A stretch of DNA of 64,000 nucleotides from an uncultured delta proteobacterium. Its GTDB lineage: Bacteria > Desulfobacterota > Binatia > UBA9968. This document shows, in pieces, positions 41,824 to 51,523 of the stretch (positions are counted from its first letter, which is position 1; each line of letters starts with the position of its first letter). Both the position numbers and the translations under genes were made by a program. The DNA lies in the NCBI GenBank assembly GCA_963816145.1, contig CAWFJP010000001.1:128001-192000 (forward strand), in the 5' to 3' direction. The notes beneath the pieces are model-generated. The model ran no database searches. It saw nothing but the letters and a program-made list of their open reading frames with translations, and was not told where the DNA came from.

Positions 41824-43050
41824 TTACGCGCTGGCGCGCACCGCGGGCTTTTCAACTACAGGCTGCGGCCCGACTTTGATCGGTCCCGGATCGTACAGCG
41901 GTTGTTTGATCTGAGATTTATCCACATCAAGCTTGTAAAGCCCGATGGCGTTGTCCATCAGAATCTTCTTGCGCTCATCCACCGACACCACGTCCTGAAG
42001 CGAGTGAGTCCGGCACCAGACCGACTTGGGCCAGGTGGTGGTGCCGTGCGGGTAGTCGGTGGAGTACATAATCTTGTCGGCACCGATCTCATCGCGGCTT
42101 TTGATCCCATGGCGCTCGTGCCAGAAGGTGGCCCACATGTTGGTGCGGAAAACTTCGCTCGGCTTCTTGGTGAGCGTGGTGCTTTTCGCCACCCTGCGCT
42201 CGTCAAACTCATGGTCGAGCTCTTCGAGTAAGTATGGCAGCCAGCCGACACCGCTCTCGACACTGATTGCCTTCAACTTGGGGAACTTTTCAAATACGCC
42301 GGAATACAAAATGTTCGACACGATCTCCATATGACTGACAAAGGTCATGGAAACCTGCAGGGCGGACCTGGCGCCTTGCTCGAGCGAGCCCCAGGCCGGC
42401 AAGGCTGGCAAGGCGGTCGAGTGCAAACACAGCGGCACATCCAGGTCGCCGCATGCCTGGAAGACAGGATTCCAATAGGAATCGTTGAAATGTTTCAACC
42501 CGAGAACATGCGGCGCGCCGTGCCAGGCCAACGCTTTGTGGCCGCGCTTCACCGCGCGCTGGATCTCGGCAACGCACAACTTCACGTCCCACATCGGGGT
42601 TACGCACTGCGCGATGAACCTGGGCGAGTAGTCTTGCCACTCTTCGATGAGCCAGTCGTTATAAGCTTGAATGCAAGCCAGACGGAATTCTTCACTGCCC
42701 TCTTTCTGGAAGTTCTGGTTGGTGATGCCGATGATGTTGGGGAAAAGCACCGAAGCGTCCACTTCCTCTTGGTCGAGAATTTTCACACGCTCGGCGGCAA
42801 CGTACGTGGACGGCGGCACTTCGTCCCAGGTTCGCACCTTTGGATTCACGCCGGCGATGCGCGCCAGACCGCCGAATCCTTGCGCGTTGCCGCCCAGAGC
42901 CCAGGTCTGGCTGCCGTCCGGCAATTCGACGATGTGCGGGATGTCATCGCCAAACTTGGCTTTGGACATCCGCTTGGTCCAAACATCGGGCGCTTCTTGG
43001 ACGTGATCATCAGCGGAGATGACACCATACTTCATCTTCAGGGTTGCCAT
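41824..43050 (-). CDS. Amidohydrolase family protein (Amidohydro_2)
   Basis: ISADDHVQE, AYNDWL, PLCLH, VESGVGWLP, MYSTDYPH. Confidence 0.9.
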   Translation of the reverse strand: MATLKMKYGVISADDHVQEAPDVWTKRMSKAKFGDDIPHIVELPDGSQTWALGGNAQGFGGLARIAGVNPKVRTWDEVPPSTYVAAERVKILDQEEVDASVLFPNIIGITNQNFQKEGSEEFRLACIQAYNDWLIEEWQDYSPRFIAQCVTPMWDVKLCVAEIQRAVKRGHKALAWHGAPHVLGLKHFNDSYWNPVFQACGDLDVPLCLHSTALPALPAWGSLEQGARSALQVSMTFVSHMEIVSNILYSGVFEKFPKLKAISVESGVGWLPYLLEELDHEFDERRVAKSTTLTKKPSEVFRTNMWATFWHERHGIKSRDEIGADKIMYSTDYPHGTTTWPKSVWCRTHSLQDVVSVDERKKILMDNAIGLYKLDVDKSQIKQPLYDPGPIKVGPQPVVEKPAVRASA

Positions 43051-43322
43051 TGAATCTCCTTAGAGAATAGTTGAACCCGATTAGTCAGACATTCCCGTGT
43101 CAGCCGAAAAGGCGCCGTCGAACCCTGCGGGAGAATAAATTGCACTGTCATGAGCCGTCGCACCGCGAAAGCGAAATATCCGATTTCAATCTGTTCCGGC
43201 CCATACCGGCAAACGAATCCGAACTTACTCTCGCCCATGAAGGCTGTCAATTGTTACCGGAGCGATCAGAAGTTTGCACACTTCGCTGGCAGACGCGGCG
43301 ATGAATTAGGATCGCGGCGCTG

Positions 43323-44105
43323 CTAGGAACTGCCGATGGTGCCGCCGTTGACCACTAGGGTTTGCCCGGTAGTGAAACGCGCCATGGGCGAAGCGAGGAA
43401 CAGAGCCGTCTGAGCAATATCCGCTGGCTCACCTCTGAACCCCAATGGGTTGGAACCGACCAACGTTTGATTGGCAGAAAGATCAACCTGGGCTGCAGAG
43501 GTGGGACTTCCAGTGTTGATGCCGCCCGGCGCGATGGCATTGATTCTGATCCCCAAAGGCCCGAGTTCAAAAGCCAGCACTCTTGTCATTTGAATAATCG
43601 CCGCCTTGGACGCCGCGTAGTGGACGCCTTGCCCGCGGCTGTAAAAAAGCCCGGCGTGGGACGCGATGTTGATGATGCAGCCGGTTCGCTGCACCATCAT
43701 CAGACGCGCCGCCCGCTGGGTGCACATGAAAGTGCCCTTCAGATTGACCGCAAGCACCTTGTCCCATTCGCCATCGGCGATCTCCAGGAAAGGCTTTCTA
43801 AACCATATGCCGGTGTTGTTGACCAGGATGTCGACGCCGGCGAATTTTTCCTGCACGGTCGCGAACAACCGGTCCACGTCCGCGGGCGAGGCAACATCAG
43901 TTTTAACCGCCAAAGCCTTTCTACCGATGTGCTGCACACTCTCGGCGATCTTCCGGGCGTTATCTTGGTTGATGTCGGCGATGACGAGATCAGCGCCGGC
44001 CCTGGCAAACGTTTCGGCAATCGCGGCGCCGATGCCGCGGCCAGCCCCGGTCACGATGGCGAGCTTACCGCTCAGATCGATGACAGCTTCTGACTTTGAC
44101 TCCAC
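43323..44105 (-). CDS. Short-chain dehydrogenase/reductase
   Basis: VTGAGRGIG, DILVNNTG, YAASK, IRINAIAPG. Confidence 0.93.
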   Translation of the reverse strand: MESKSEAVIDLSGKLAIVTGAGRGIGAAIAETFARAGADLVIADINQDNARKIAESVQHIGRKALAVKTDVASPADVDRLFATVQEKFAGVDILVNNTGIWFRKPFLEIADGEWDKVLAVNLKGTFMCTQRAARLMMVQRTGCIINIASHAGLFYSRGQGVHYAASKAAIIQMTRVLAFELGPLGIRINAIAPGGINTGSPTSAAQVDLSANQTLVGSNPLGFRGEPADIAQTALFLASPMARFTTGQTLVVNGGTIGSS

Positions 44106-44142
44106 GGCTCTTTCCTTCGGGATGCCACACAGTTGTTCTCAC

Positions 44143-44388
44143 TCAAGATGGTGCTTTAGCAAATTCATTCTGATTCGCCAACTCACGCGCAATGGCTTTC
44201 GCGAACTCATCAGCACCCGGACGCTCCGTCTGCTGCGAGTCGGCGAGCTCTCGGATGATCTCGCCTTGCCGCACGCTCGTCACTTGACCGTAGTTGCAAA
44301 AGGTCGTGAGCACTTGTACGTGACCGAGGTTCTGACTCGACGCTTTGAACTGCTCTGGCGTCTGGCATACTTTCTCGCCTAATTGAAC
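44143..44388 (-). pseudogene. C-terminal relic of a tyrosine recombinase/integrase (absent from the ORF track)
   Basis: My translation: VQLGEKVCQTPEQFKASSQNLGHVQVLTTFCNYGQVTSVRQGEIIREL..*, carrying the LGH..TT..Y box-II pattern; no start codon or upstream HxxR. Confidence 0.7.
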
Positions 44389-44711
44389 TGGCAGTTTGCT
44401 GAAAAACTTGATTGGAAATGGTTTTTCATCGTGGTGATGTGATCAAAGGATCGACTTGTGGAAGCCCTATTTATCTCACGTCAAGGCTGGCGTGGTTTTG
44501 TCGGTTGATCACTGCCCTCAATAGTGGCGACTTGAAAACCCAAATAGATGTTCCGTGGTTTAGACCCCGAAATTGTCGAAGTGCGGCTAGTTTAGTTAAT
44601 TTTAAAGAAAGGAGTGCCGTTCAGGTTGCGACCGGCAAAGGCGAGGCCCATTGCCTGCGACCGGAGATTCTTACTCCTAGGTTGTCTTCCCGGTGAATAA
44701 TCCGGGCTTGG

Positions 44712-45272
44712 CTACTTTGCCCAGGATACTCGATTGGGCTTACGGAGAAGAGCAGGCAGCTCCTTTTGCTGTGGCATGTCGAGCGCAGAAAAGATGTGCG
44801 AGATGCTCTTTTCGAATAACGGGATTGTAGTCTTATTTATCTTGTCGCCCTTTCCCGTCAGCACCACGTGAACCACGCGGCGATCATTCTCGTCTCGTTT
44901 ACGCGATACGAGTTTTTTCTCTTCCAACCGGTCAACGATGCCTGTCAGGTTGCTCACCGTGACCATCATCTTCGCGCCGATTTCTCCGAAGGGAAGCCCG
45001 CCGGCATAACCGATGGTCGCCAGTACGTAAAACCGAGGCGACGTGAGACCCAGTTTCTCGAGATCCTCCTCGAGCTTGTTGTGCGAGAGGAGGCTAAAAC
45101 GCAGAAACCGGACCCACACGCTCGTCGTGTACGATATAAGAAAGGACGTTTGAAAACGACCACGCGCATCACTGTATTCGCAGGGGAAATAAAACGCAAA
45201 TCGTGTTTTCTTTTTCGAAAGTAGCGATCTTTGTCCACTAAGAAGGCGCTGCCCTCGCGTAGCCGGTCCCAT
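44712..45272 (-). CDS. MarR family regulator; N-terminus doubtful, possibly degenerate
   Basis: GLTSPRFYVL, SNLTGIVDRLEEKKLVSR..DRRVVHVVLT. Similarity is apparent only below about 45135. Confidence 0.7.
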   Translation of the reverse strand: MGPATRGQRLLSGQRSLLSKKKTRFAFYFPCEYSDARGRFQTSFLISYTTSVWVRFLRFSLLSHNKLEEDLEKLGLTSPRFYVLATIGYAGGLPFGEIGAKMMVTVSNLTGIVDRLEEKKLVSRKRDENDRRVVHVVLTGKGDKINKTTIPLFEKSISHIFSALDMPQQKELPALLRKPNRVSWAK

Positions 45273-45286
45273 AAATTTTTAATGAT

Positions 45287-45331
45287 TGGAGCGGGCGATG
45301 GGGATCGAACCCACGAGGTCGAGCTTGGCAA
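45287..45331 (-). other. 3' half of tRNA-Gly (att-site scar), not a complete tRNA
   Basis: Minus strand TTGCCAAGCTCGACCTCGTGGGTTCGATCCCCATCGCCCGCTCCA: anticodon loop (GCC), T-arm GTGGG-TTCGATC-CCCAT, acceptor strand CGCCCGC-T-CCA. No D-arm or 5' strand upstream. Confidence 0.85.
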
Positions 45332-45741
45332 TTTTGTCATAAAATGAACGTTTTTGATTGACTAACCTTATCTTATAGCACTATAAGATGATGGAATCCT
45401 TAGTGTTTGGCGACTATTGATTTAGCTTCGATTCGCTAAAGCTAAAGATAGTTGGTCACCCCGACCACTACCAGCTAATGGACTCTCATCACGCAAACGG
45501 TAAAGGAACGATGGAAGCTGATCCGGTACAGAGCCACGAAACTTGCTCATCGATGCCGAGCTTGGTTGGCTTTTATGGGGTCCCGGCATTTCGGATAACG
45601 AATACCTGCTATCGGTTTCCATCATAACCCTGATCGATCGCAAACACTCGATATTATGGAGAAATTGTTCGTAGAGCTTTATTTTTTCGGTGAGGACTAA
45701 CTAATGTTGCGCGCTTTAAGTTCGAACCGACGGAGGTAGCA

Positions 45742-47589
45742 TTGCGCACAAGTGGTGAACACAGAACTGAATTGGAACCTACCCCCACTGAGAACACCGT
45801 GGCTTTTCGGGCGGCTGATTTTTCCACGCTATGCGAGGCCCTGGATTACTCAGCCCTGGGACAGACCGGGTGCAATTTCTACGGGAGTCGGGGCGAGTTG
45901 TGCGCCGTTCTGTCATATGCGGATCTTCGAGAGCAGGCACTATCCTTGGCGCGAAAGCTTTTGAGCTTGAGACTCGACCGGGGCGCTCGAGTAGCAATCA
46001 TTGCCGAGACCGATCCAAATTTTCACCGCATATTTTTCGCTTGCCAGTACGCCGGTCTCGTGCCAGTGCCGGTTTCGGCATCGACGTTCATGAGTGGCCG
46101 AGAGGCTTACGTCGCACAACTCAGGGCGCTTCTGCGCGATTGCCGAGCGTCCGTCGCGATGGCGCCGTCTGAGTTCTATCCCTTTTTGGCCGAGGCCGCC
46201 GAGGAGTCAAATATTGCCCATGTCGGCACACTGGAATCCTTCGAGCGACTGCCTGAGTCTCAAGAGAGTCTGCGCCCCTCGGAGCCGGATGAGGTCGCCT
46301 ATCTTCAATATACTTCCGGAAGCACGCGATTTCCCCGCGGAGTAATTATTACCCAAAAGGCGGTCCTCGCCAATCTGAATGAAATCATAATTCATGGCCT
46401 CAAGCTCCGCCCCGGTGACCGCGCCTTCTCCTGGCTGCCCTTTTATCACGACATGGGGCTGGTGGGATTCGTGCTCGGGCCGATGGTGTCGCAGATCTCC
46501 GTGGATTATTTAAAAACCTGGATGTTTGCCATGCGACCACTGTTGTGGTTGTCCTTGATGACACGCACCAAAGCCACCATTTCGTTTAGCCCGTCTTTCG
46601 GTTATCAACTGTGCGTGAAGCGTCTCAGGGGGGATGTCGCCAGCACTTTCGATCTCGGCGCGTGGCGGGTCGCCGGAGTAGGCGCCGAAACGATCCGGTC
46701 AGCTGCCTTGGCGGAGTTTGCCGAAGTTCTGCAACCAAGCGGATTTAAGGCGAGCGCATTTATGCCCTGCTACGGAATGGCAGAGGCCGCCCTCGCCGTA
46801 AGTTTCACACCCGTCGACCAAGGTATCACCGTTGATCGAGTTGACCCGGCTGCGTTATCCGAGCGTGGAATGGCTTTGGCCGTGAATGGGCGTGACCCAG
46901 GCTCCGAACGGGTGATATCAAATACAAGACCGTTTGTAATTTGCGGCGTCCCTCTGCCGGGAACTCAAGTCGAAATTCGTGACGAGCAAGGCAGAGTTCT
47001 GCCGGATCGCCATGCCGGTGTTATTTTTTTGCGCGGCGCAAACATGATGTCCGGGTACTTCGACAATCTCGAGAGAACTCGTGAGGTCTTGTCCTCGGAC
47101 GGATGGTTTGACACCCAAGACATTGGCTATCTCGCCGAAGGTCGGGTTGTGATCATTGGCCGCAAGAAAGATGTCATCATTATCAATGGCCGAAAAATCT
47201 GGGCTCAAGATTTGGAGCATCTCGCTGAGGAATTGCCCGAGGTGAGAACGGGCGACGCATGCGCGTTTTCGCTACTGAACCCTAATGGGATTGAAATGGC
47301 GGCGATGGTTGTGCAGTGGCGCGAGGGGAATTCGACCAGGGAAGGAGAGTTTGCCCATCGCTTGCAGGGGCTGATCGGCGAGCGCTTCGGGATAGACTGT
47401 TTCATTGAGATTGTTCCGCCGCACACCCTGCCGCGTACGTCCTCCGGAAAGCTTTCCCGTTCGAAGGCACGGGAAGAATTTCTGAGCCGGCATGATCCGG
47501 CTATTCTGCAACGAAAATGGGTCAGGCGAAGCGCGTCCACCGAGGCTCGGCAGGAAGAATCAAATCCATGCGCGGCGTCGTCGCGTTGA
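45742..47589 (+). CDS. Fatty acyl-AMP ligase / acyl-ACP synthetase (AasR-like)
   Basis: YLQYTSGSTRFPRGV, SWLPFYHDMGLVG, CYGMAEA, IGRKKDVIIINGR, LPRTSSGKLSR. Start may be TTG 45772. Confidence 0.9.
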   Translation: MRTSGEHRTELEPTPTENTVAFRAADFSTLCEALDYSALGQTGCNFYGSRGELCAVLSYADLREQALSLARKLLSLRLDRGARVAIIAETDPNFHRIFFACQYAGLVPVPVSASTFMSGREAYVAQLRALLRDCRASVAMAPSEFYPFLAEAAEESNIAHVGTLESFERLPESQESLRPSEPDEVAYLQYTSGSTRFPRGVIITQKAVLANLNEIIIHGLKLRPGDRAFSWLPFYHDMGLVGFVLGPMVSQISVDYLKTWMFAMRPLLWLSLMTRTKATISFSPSFGYQLCVKRLRGDVASTFDLGAWRVAGVGAETIRSAALAEFAEVLQPSGFKASAFMPCYGMAEAALAVSFTPVDQGITVDRVDPAALSERGMALAVNGRDPGSERVISNTRPFVICGVPLPGTQVEIRDEQGRVLPDRHAGVIFLRGANMMSGYFDNLERTREVLSSDGWFDTQDIGYLAEGRVVIIGRKKDVIIINGRKIWAQDLEHLAEELPEVRTGDACAFSLLNPNGIEMAAMVVQWREGNSTREGEFAHRLQGLIGERFGIDCFIEIVPPHTLPRTSSGKLSRSKAREEFLSRHDPAILQRKWVRRSASTEARQEESNPCAASSR

Positions 47590-48527
47590 CGGGAGCGACC
47601 GGATTCATCGGTAGCGCGATAGCTCGAAAACTCGTAAACGAAGGGTGGCGCGTCCGCGCGCTCATCCGCGCGCCATCGCGGCGAGCACGCCTCGAGGGAA
47701 TCTCGATTCAGTGGGTTCACGGCACACTCGAAAATTTTGAGCACCTCGATAGCCTGGTGGGCGATGCGGATGCCGTGGTCCACTGCGCAGGGGCGCTGCG
47801 CGGTATCACCGACGCCGATTTTTATTCTGTGAATGTTGAGGCGGTGTCACGGCTGGCGCAAATTGCCACGCTCAGGAGCCCCGCTCCCCGGTTCCTTTTA
47901 ATTTCATCTTTGGCAGCTCGGGAACCAAATTTGTCGGCCTACGCGGCCAGCAAGCGGATGGGAGAGATCGCCCTATCCCAAATGGCCGGCGGTTTCGCGT
48001 GGACCGTGCTTCGCCCGCCAGCTGTCTATGGCCCCGGCGACCGTGCACTGCTTCCCCTGTTCCGCCTTATGCGGCGCGGGATCGCTCCGTTGCTAGGCCG
48101 AACTGACGCCAGATTCTCTCTGCTCTATGTCGAAGATCTGGCGGAGGCGGTGCTAAAATGGCTGGTCAGCGAGAGCCGAGAGAGCCGCGTGTTCGAGTTG
48201 GATGACGGACACCCAAGGGGATATAGCTGGAGTGAGGTTGCGGAAACGTTCGAGCGGCTTCGCGGAAAACCGGCGTTTCGTTTCCACTTGTCCGAGCTGC
48301 CCATGAATGTCGCCGCGAAGCTTAATCAAATCGCCGCATCGGTTATAGGATACGCGCCAATGTTTACCGAGGGGAAAGTGCGGGAGATTAGGCATCCCGA
48401 CTGGGTGTGTGACAACTCCATGTTTTGCCAGGCGGCCAATTGGAAGCCCACGATGTGTCTGGAAGAAGGGCTGCGGGCGACTCTTAGCCTCACGGCAAGT
48501 GGTGTCAGTGGCCTGGGGCAGGGTTAG
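47568..48527 (+). CDS. NAD-dependent epimerase/dehydratase-type reductase (CerR-like by context)
   Basis: LTGATGFIG, VVHCAG, ISSLAAREP, YAASK, RPPAVYGPGD; overlaps the ligase gene. Confidence 0.85.
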   Translation: MRGVVALTGATGFIGSAIARKLVNEGWRVRALIRAPSRRARLEGISIQWVHGTLENFEHLDSLVGDADAVVHCAGALRGITDADFYSVNVEAVSRLAQIATLRSPAPRFLLISSLAAREPNLSAYAASKRMGEIALSQMAGGFAWTVLRPPAVYGPGDRALLPLFRLMRRGIAPLLGRTDARFSLLYVEDLAEAVLKWLVSESRESRVFELDDGHPRGYSWSEVAETFERLRGKPAFRFHLSELPMNVAAKLNQIAASVIGYAPMFTEGKVREIRHPDWVCDNSMFCQAANWKPTMCLEEGLRATLSLTASGVSGLGQG

Positions 48528-48649
48528 ACATCTGCCCCCGATTGGGGTATGAGGCTTTTAAACAACCTGGCTGTAGGAGGGATCGAAGGTCAACTCTTTT
48601 AGCGGAGGATCTCGTGCAGGCGGGGCCAGCGACTCTTGCCCGAGAGGCA

Positions 48650-48842
48650 AGAATCGCTGCACGCAGTGACGCCACCCACGCCCTCTGCGCATCCACGCAG
48701 GCTCGTGAACATCATCGGAGAAGTCGACAAGTCATTTCCAAAGGGGATTTTTCCCAGACCGCACAAGAAAGACCGCGACTATTACTGGAAAAAAGCGACC
48801 TCGCTGGCAAATAAGCTGCGGGCCTTTGACAAGAGCGGATGA
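48650..48842 (+). pseudogene. Probable C-terminal remnant of a 2OG-Fe(II) oxygenase-like gene
   Basis: ESLHAVTPPTPSAHPRRLVNIIGEV resembles the distal His...Arg motif. Its stop overlaps the next ATG (ATGA), and an in-frame stop lies upstream. Confidence 0.45.
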
Positions 48843-49807
48843 CGCCTGTGCAGCAGCCTGAGAGCCCCTGGAACTGGTTGCGACGCAAACTCTACTGCGC
48901 CCGCTTACGCAACAACATGCGCCACATGCGGAAGGCGCATCCGGACTTCCGGCTCGCCGGCGCACATGGGGTACTAAACACCGTCTATTGGCGCGGTAAG
49001 CCGGTTGGCCGTATTCTCCCACTCGAACGCCTCACTCGGGCAACCGCGCCAGACTGCTTCATCGTCGCTACGGGCCCGTCGATCAATCAGATCGACTTCT
49101 CCCACCTGCAAGGGCGTACCTGCATTGGCGTCAATGGCAGCATCCTCAAAAGCGAGGAATACTCGCTGCCCTTCCGCTCGCACGTGATCGCCGACCGCCA
49201 ATTCTTCAAGGACCGCTTCGAACTGGTGCGCAAGGCACTGATGTCCGGTGCGGAGTGTCTGTTCTCGTTTCGCGGTCTGAGCGTCATCTGCGAACGCCAG
49301 CCTGAGCTGTTGCGCGACGCCCGGGTCTTCCTGCTGGACGAGATCACGGCGCGCTTTGGCCAGCCGAAGCTGAGTGCGGTCAATTTCGATGCGGCGGCGG
49401 ATCGCGATCCCGACCTCGTTTTGCACCCCTCGGCGCGGCCCTCTAAGGGTTGGGTAGGATTCAGCCGGGATATCCGCAAAGGGGTGTTTACAGGTCAGAC
49501 TATCGCCTTTTCCGCCGTACAGGTCGCCGTCTGGCTCGGCTACACACGGATATTTATCCTCGGCATGGATCTCGGCGGAACCGGAGACAGGGCGCGCTTT
49601 TATGAGTCCGGAGAGAAGGCGGCACCGATACGACTCGACCGTGACTATGTAAGCTATATCCAGCCGGCGTTCGAAGTCGCGAGCAAGCTGCGTGGCGCAC
49701 TCGGCATCCAGATCTACAATCTGTCGCCGGACAGTCGCCTTCCCGCCGCAATCATTCCAAAATTGTCTTTCGCGGACGCGCTGGAGATGATCCGACAGCC
49801 TGCCTGA
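48839..49807 (+). CDS. WaaZ/RfaZ-like (GT73/DUF115-like) glycosyltransferase
   Basis: IVATGPS, IGVNGS, GFSRDIRKG..TIAFSAVQVA..LGY..I..GMDL..RFYE, IYNLS; pattern resembles the Kdo transferase WaaZ. Confidence 0.7.
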   Translation: MTPVQQPESPWNWLRRKLYCARLRNNMRHMRKAHPDFRLAGAHGVLNTVYWRGKPVGRILPLERLTRATAPDCFIVATGPSINQIDFSHLQGRTCIGVNGSILKSEEYSLPFRSHVIADRQFFKDRFELVRKALMSGAECLFSFRGLSVICERQPELLRDARVFLLDEITARFGQPKLSAVNFDAAADRDPDLVLHPSARPSKGWVGFSRDIRKGVFTGQTIAFSAVQVAVWLGYTRIFILGMDLGGTGDRARFYESGEKAAPIRLDRDYVSYIQPAFEVASKLRGALGIQIYNLSPDSRLPAAIIPKLSFADALEMIRQPA

Positions 49808-49991
49808 GCTCTTTCGCCCGCATGTAGATTCGGGTCTTATGTCGATTTCAGCGCGGGGTTCCAGGCGTGGCCGGCAAGCTTTACAAGACAACCGCGTCCG
49901 TGATAGAAAAGAATCCGGTGGTGGCGCCGGGGAAAATGCGGCAACTTAAGTTCCCGCGGATAAACGGATCACCTTCGCGGCCTCCCACACG

Positions 49992-50240
49992 ATGAGCCAC
50001 TACGAGTCGATACTTTCCCAACTCTATGAAATTTTAGGGCCGTATACGCCGGACGGGCAGAGCCTTTCCGAGAACACGGAATTCATATCCGATCTAGGCC
50101 TCGATTCGATGAAGGTCATGCAGCTCCTGCTCGATACCGAAGAACGGTTCGACATTTCCATTCCCCTGAATATCATCCCGGACGTGCGGACCGTCGGGCA
50201 TTTCGCCCGCTGTCTCCAGCAACTCGTTGACCGAGGGTAA
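49992..50240 (+). CDS. Acyl carrier protein (AcpR-like, coupled to spt)
   Basis: DLGLDSM phosphopantetheine site, EERFDISIP; TAATG overlap with spt. Confidence 0.92.
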   Translation: MSHYESILSQLYEILGPYTPDGQSLSENTEFISDLGLDSMKVMQLLLDTEERFDISIPLNIIPDVRTVGHFARCLQQLVDRG

Positions 50241-51421
50241 TGGCCCTCCTTGACAAATTCCAGCAAATTGCCGGCGCCCGCGCGGCGCTGGCGCAATTGG
50301 GCGAGGACCCTTTCCGGGCGACGATTGAACGGATCCTGTCGCCAACCGAGGCCATTGTAAACGGCCGTCCAATGATCCTCGCGGGAACGAACAACTATCT
50401 TGGTCTCACCTTAGATGCTCAGTGCGTAGAAGCGGCGGTCCGAGCCGTGCGAGAAGAAGGAACGGGAACTACCGGATCGAGGATGGCTAACGGCAGCTAT
50501 GGCGGGCACGTTGCGTTGGAGAAGGATCTGGCGGACTTTTATGGGCGCCGGTGGTGTGTCGTGTTCTCAACCGGGTACGTTGCCAATCTGGGCGTTATTT
50601 CGGCGCTCACCGGGCCGGGAGATGTGATCCTTCTCGATGCCGATTGCCATGCAAGCATTTATGACGGCTGCCGGATGAGCGGGGCAGAAGTTATTCGGTT
50701 CCGTCACAACGATGTCGGGGATCTCGATAAGCGCCTGCGACGTTTTGGGGAGCGTCGTGCCGACACGCTGATCGTCGTGGAAGGCATCTATAGCACGCTG
50801 GGGGATCGAGCGGCGCTGGCGGAAATCGCGGCGGTAAAACAGGATCATGGCGCTTGTTTGCTTGTAGACGAAGCTCATTCGCTTGGAGTGCTGGGGGAGC
50901 GGGGCCGCGGACTTTCGGAGGAGAGTGATGTCGAAAGCAGCGTCGATTTTATCGTCGGCACGTTCAGCAAAAGCCTGGGAGCCACCGGCGGATTTTGCGT
51001 CTCGGATCACCCCGAGGCGGAGCTGATCCGATATGCAAGCCGCCCGTATATTTTCACCGCATCTCCCTCCCCGGCGGTGGTCGCTTCGACCAGAGCCGCT
51101 TTAAACAGGCTCCGAAACCAGCCTGAACTCCGTGTCCGGCTGTGGAACAATGCGCGGCGATTGTATCAGTCATTGCAGGAGATGGGATTCAGACTGGGTC
51201 CCGAGGTTAGTCCGATTGTCGCGGTCCGGTTCGCGCAGCGCGAAGAAGCGTTCGGCTTGTGGAACGCCCTTCTGGATCAAGGAGTATATGTCAACTTGAT
51301 TTTGCCGCCGGCGGCCCCCGACGGCGGCAGCTTGCTTCGTTGTAGCGCGACCGCGGCGCACACGCCGGACCAGATCGATCGAATCTGCAAAGCATTTGCT
51401 ACCGCCAGGGCATTATATTGA
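50240..51421 (+). CDS. spt: Serine palmitoyltransferase (PLP alpha-oxoamine synthase)
   Basis: GTNNYLGL, GTGTTGSRMANG, DADCHASIYDG, DEAHS, VGTFSKSLG, RPYIFTAS; ligase-reductase-ACP context. Confidence 0.85.
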   Translation: MALLDKFQQIAGARAALAQLGEDPFRATIERILSPTEAIVNGRPMILAGTNNYLGLTLDAQCVEAAVRAVREEGTGTTGSRMANGSYGGHVALEKDLADFYGRRWCVVFSTGYVANLGVISALTGPGDVILLDADCHASIYDGCRMSGAEVIRFRHNDVGDLDKRLRRFGERRADTLIVVEGIYSTLGDRAALAEIAAVKQDHGACLLVDEAHSLGVLGERGRGLSEESDVESSVDFIVGTFSKSLGATGGFCVSDHPEAELIRYASRPYIFTASPSPAVVASTRAALNRLRNQPELRVRLWNNARRLYQSLQEMGFRLGPEVSPIVAVRFAQREEAFGLWNALLDQGVYVNLILPPAAPDGGSLLRCSATAAHTPDQIDRICKAFATARALY

Positions 51422-51523
51422 GCTGACTACCCAGTCGCCTTGGTCATGATAACTTACCGGACATCAGGGTTCCGATTCTTCGATGTTCTCTTCGAACGAC
51501 ACGCGGCAGGACATTAAAGAAGC

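Noticed and set aside
45287-45331. Complete tRNA-Gly gene
   Set aside because: No D-arm or 5' acceptor strand; only the 3' half is present, so it is reported as an att scar.
50240-51421. BioF (8-amino-7-oxononanoate synthase) call
   Set aside because: No biotin genes nearby; SPT-like motifs and coupling to ACP, ligase and reductase favour SPT, pending phylogeny.
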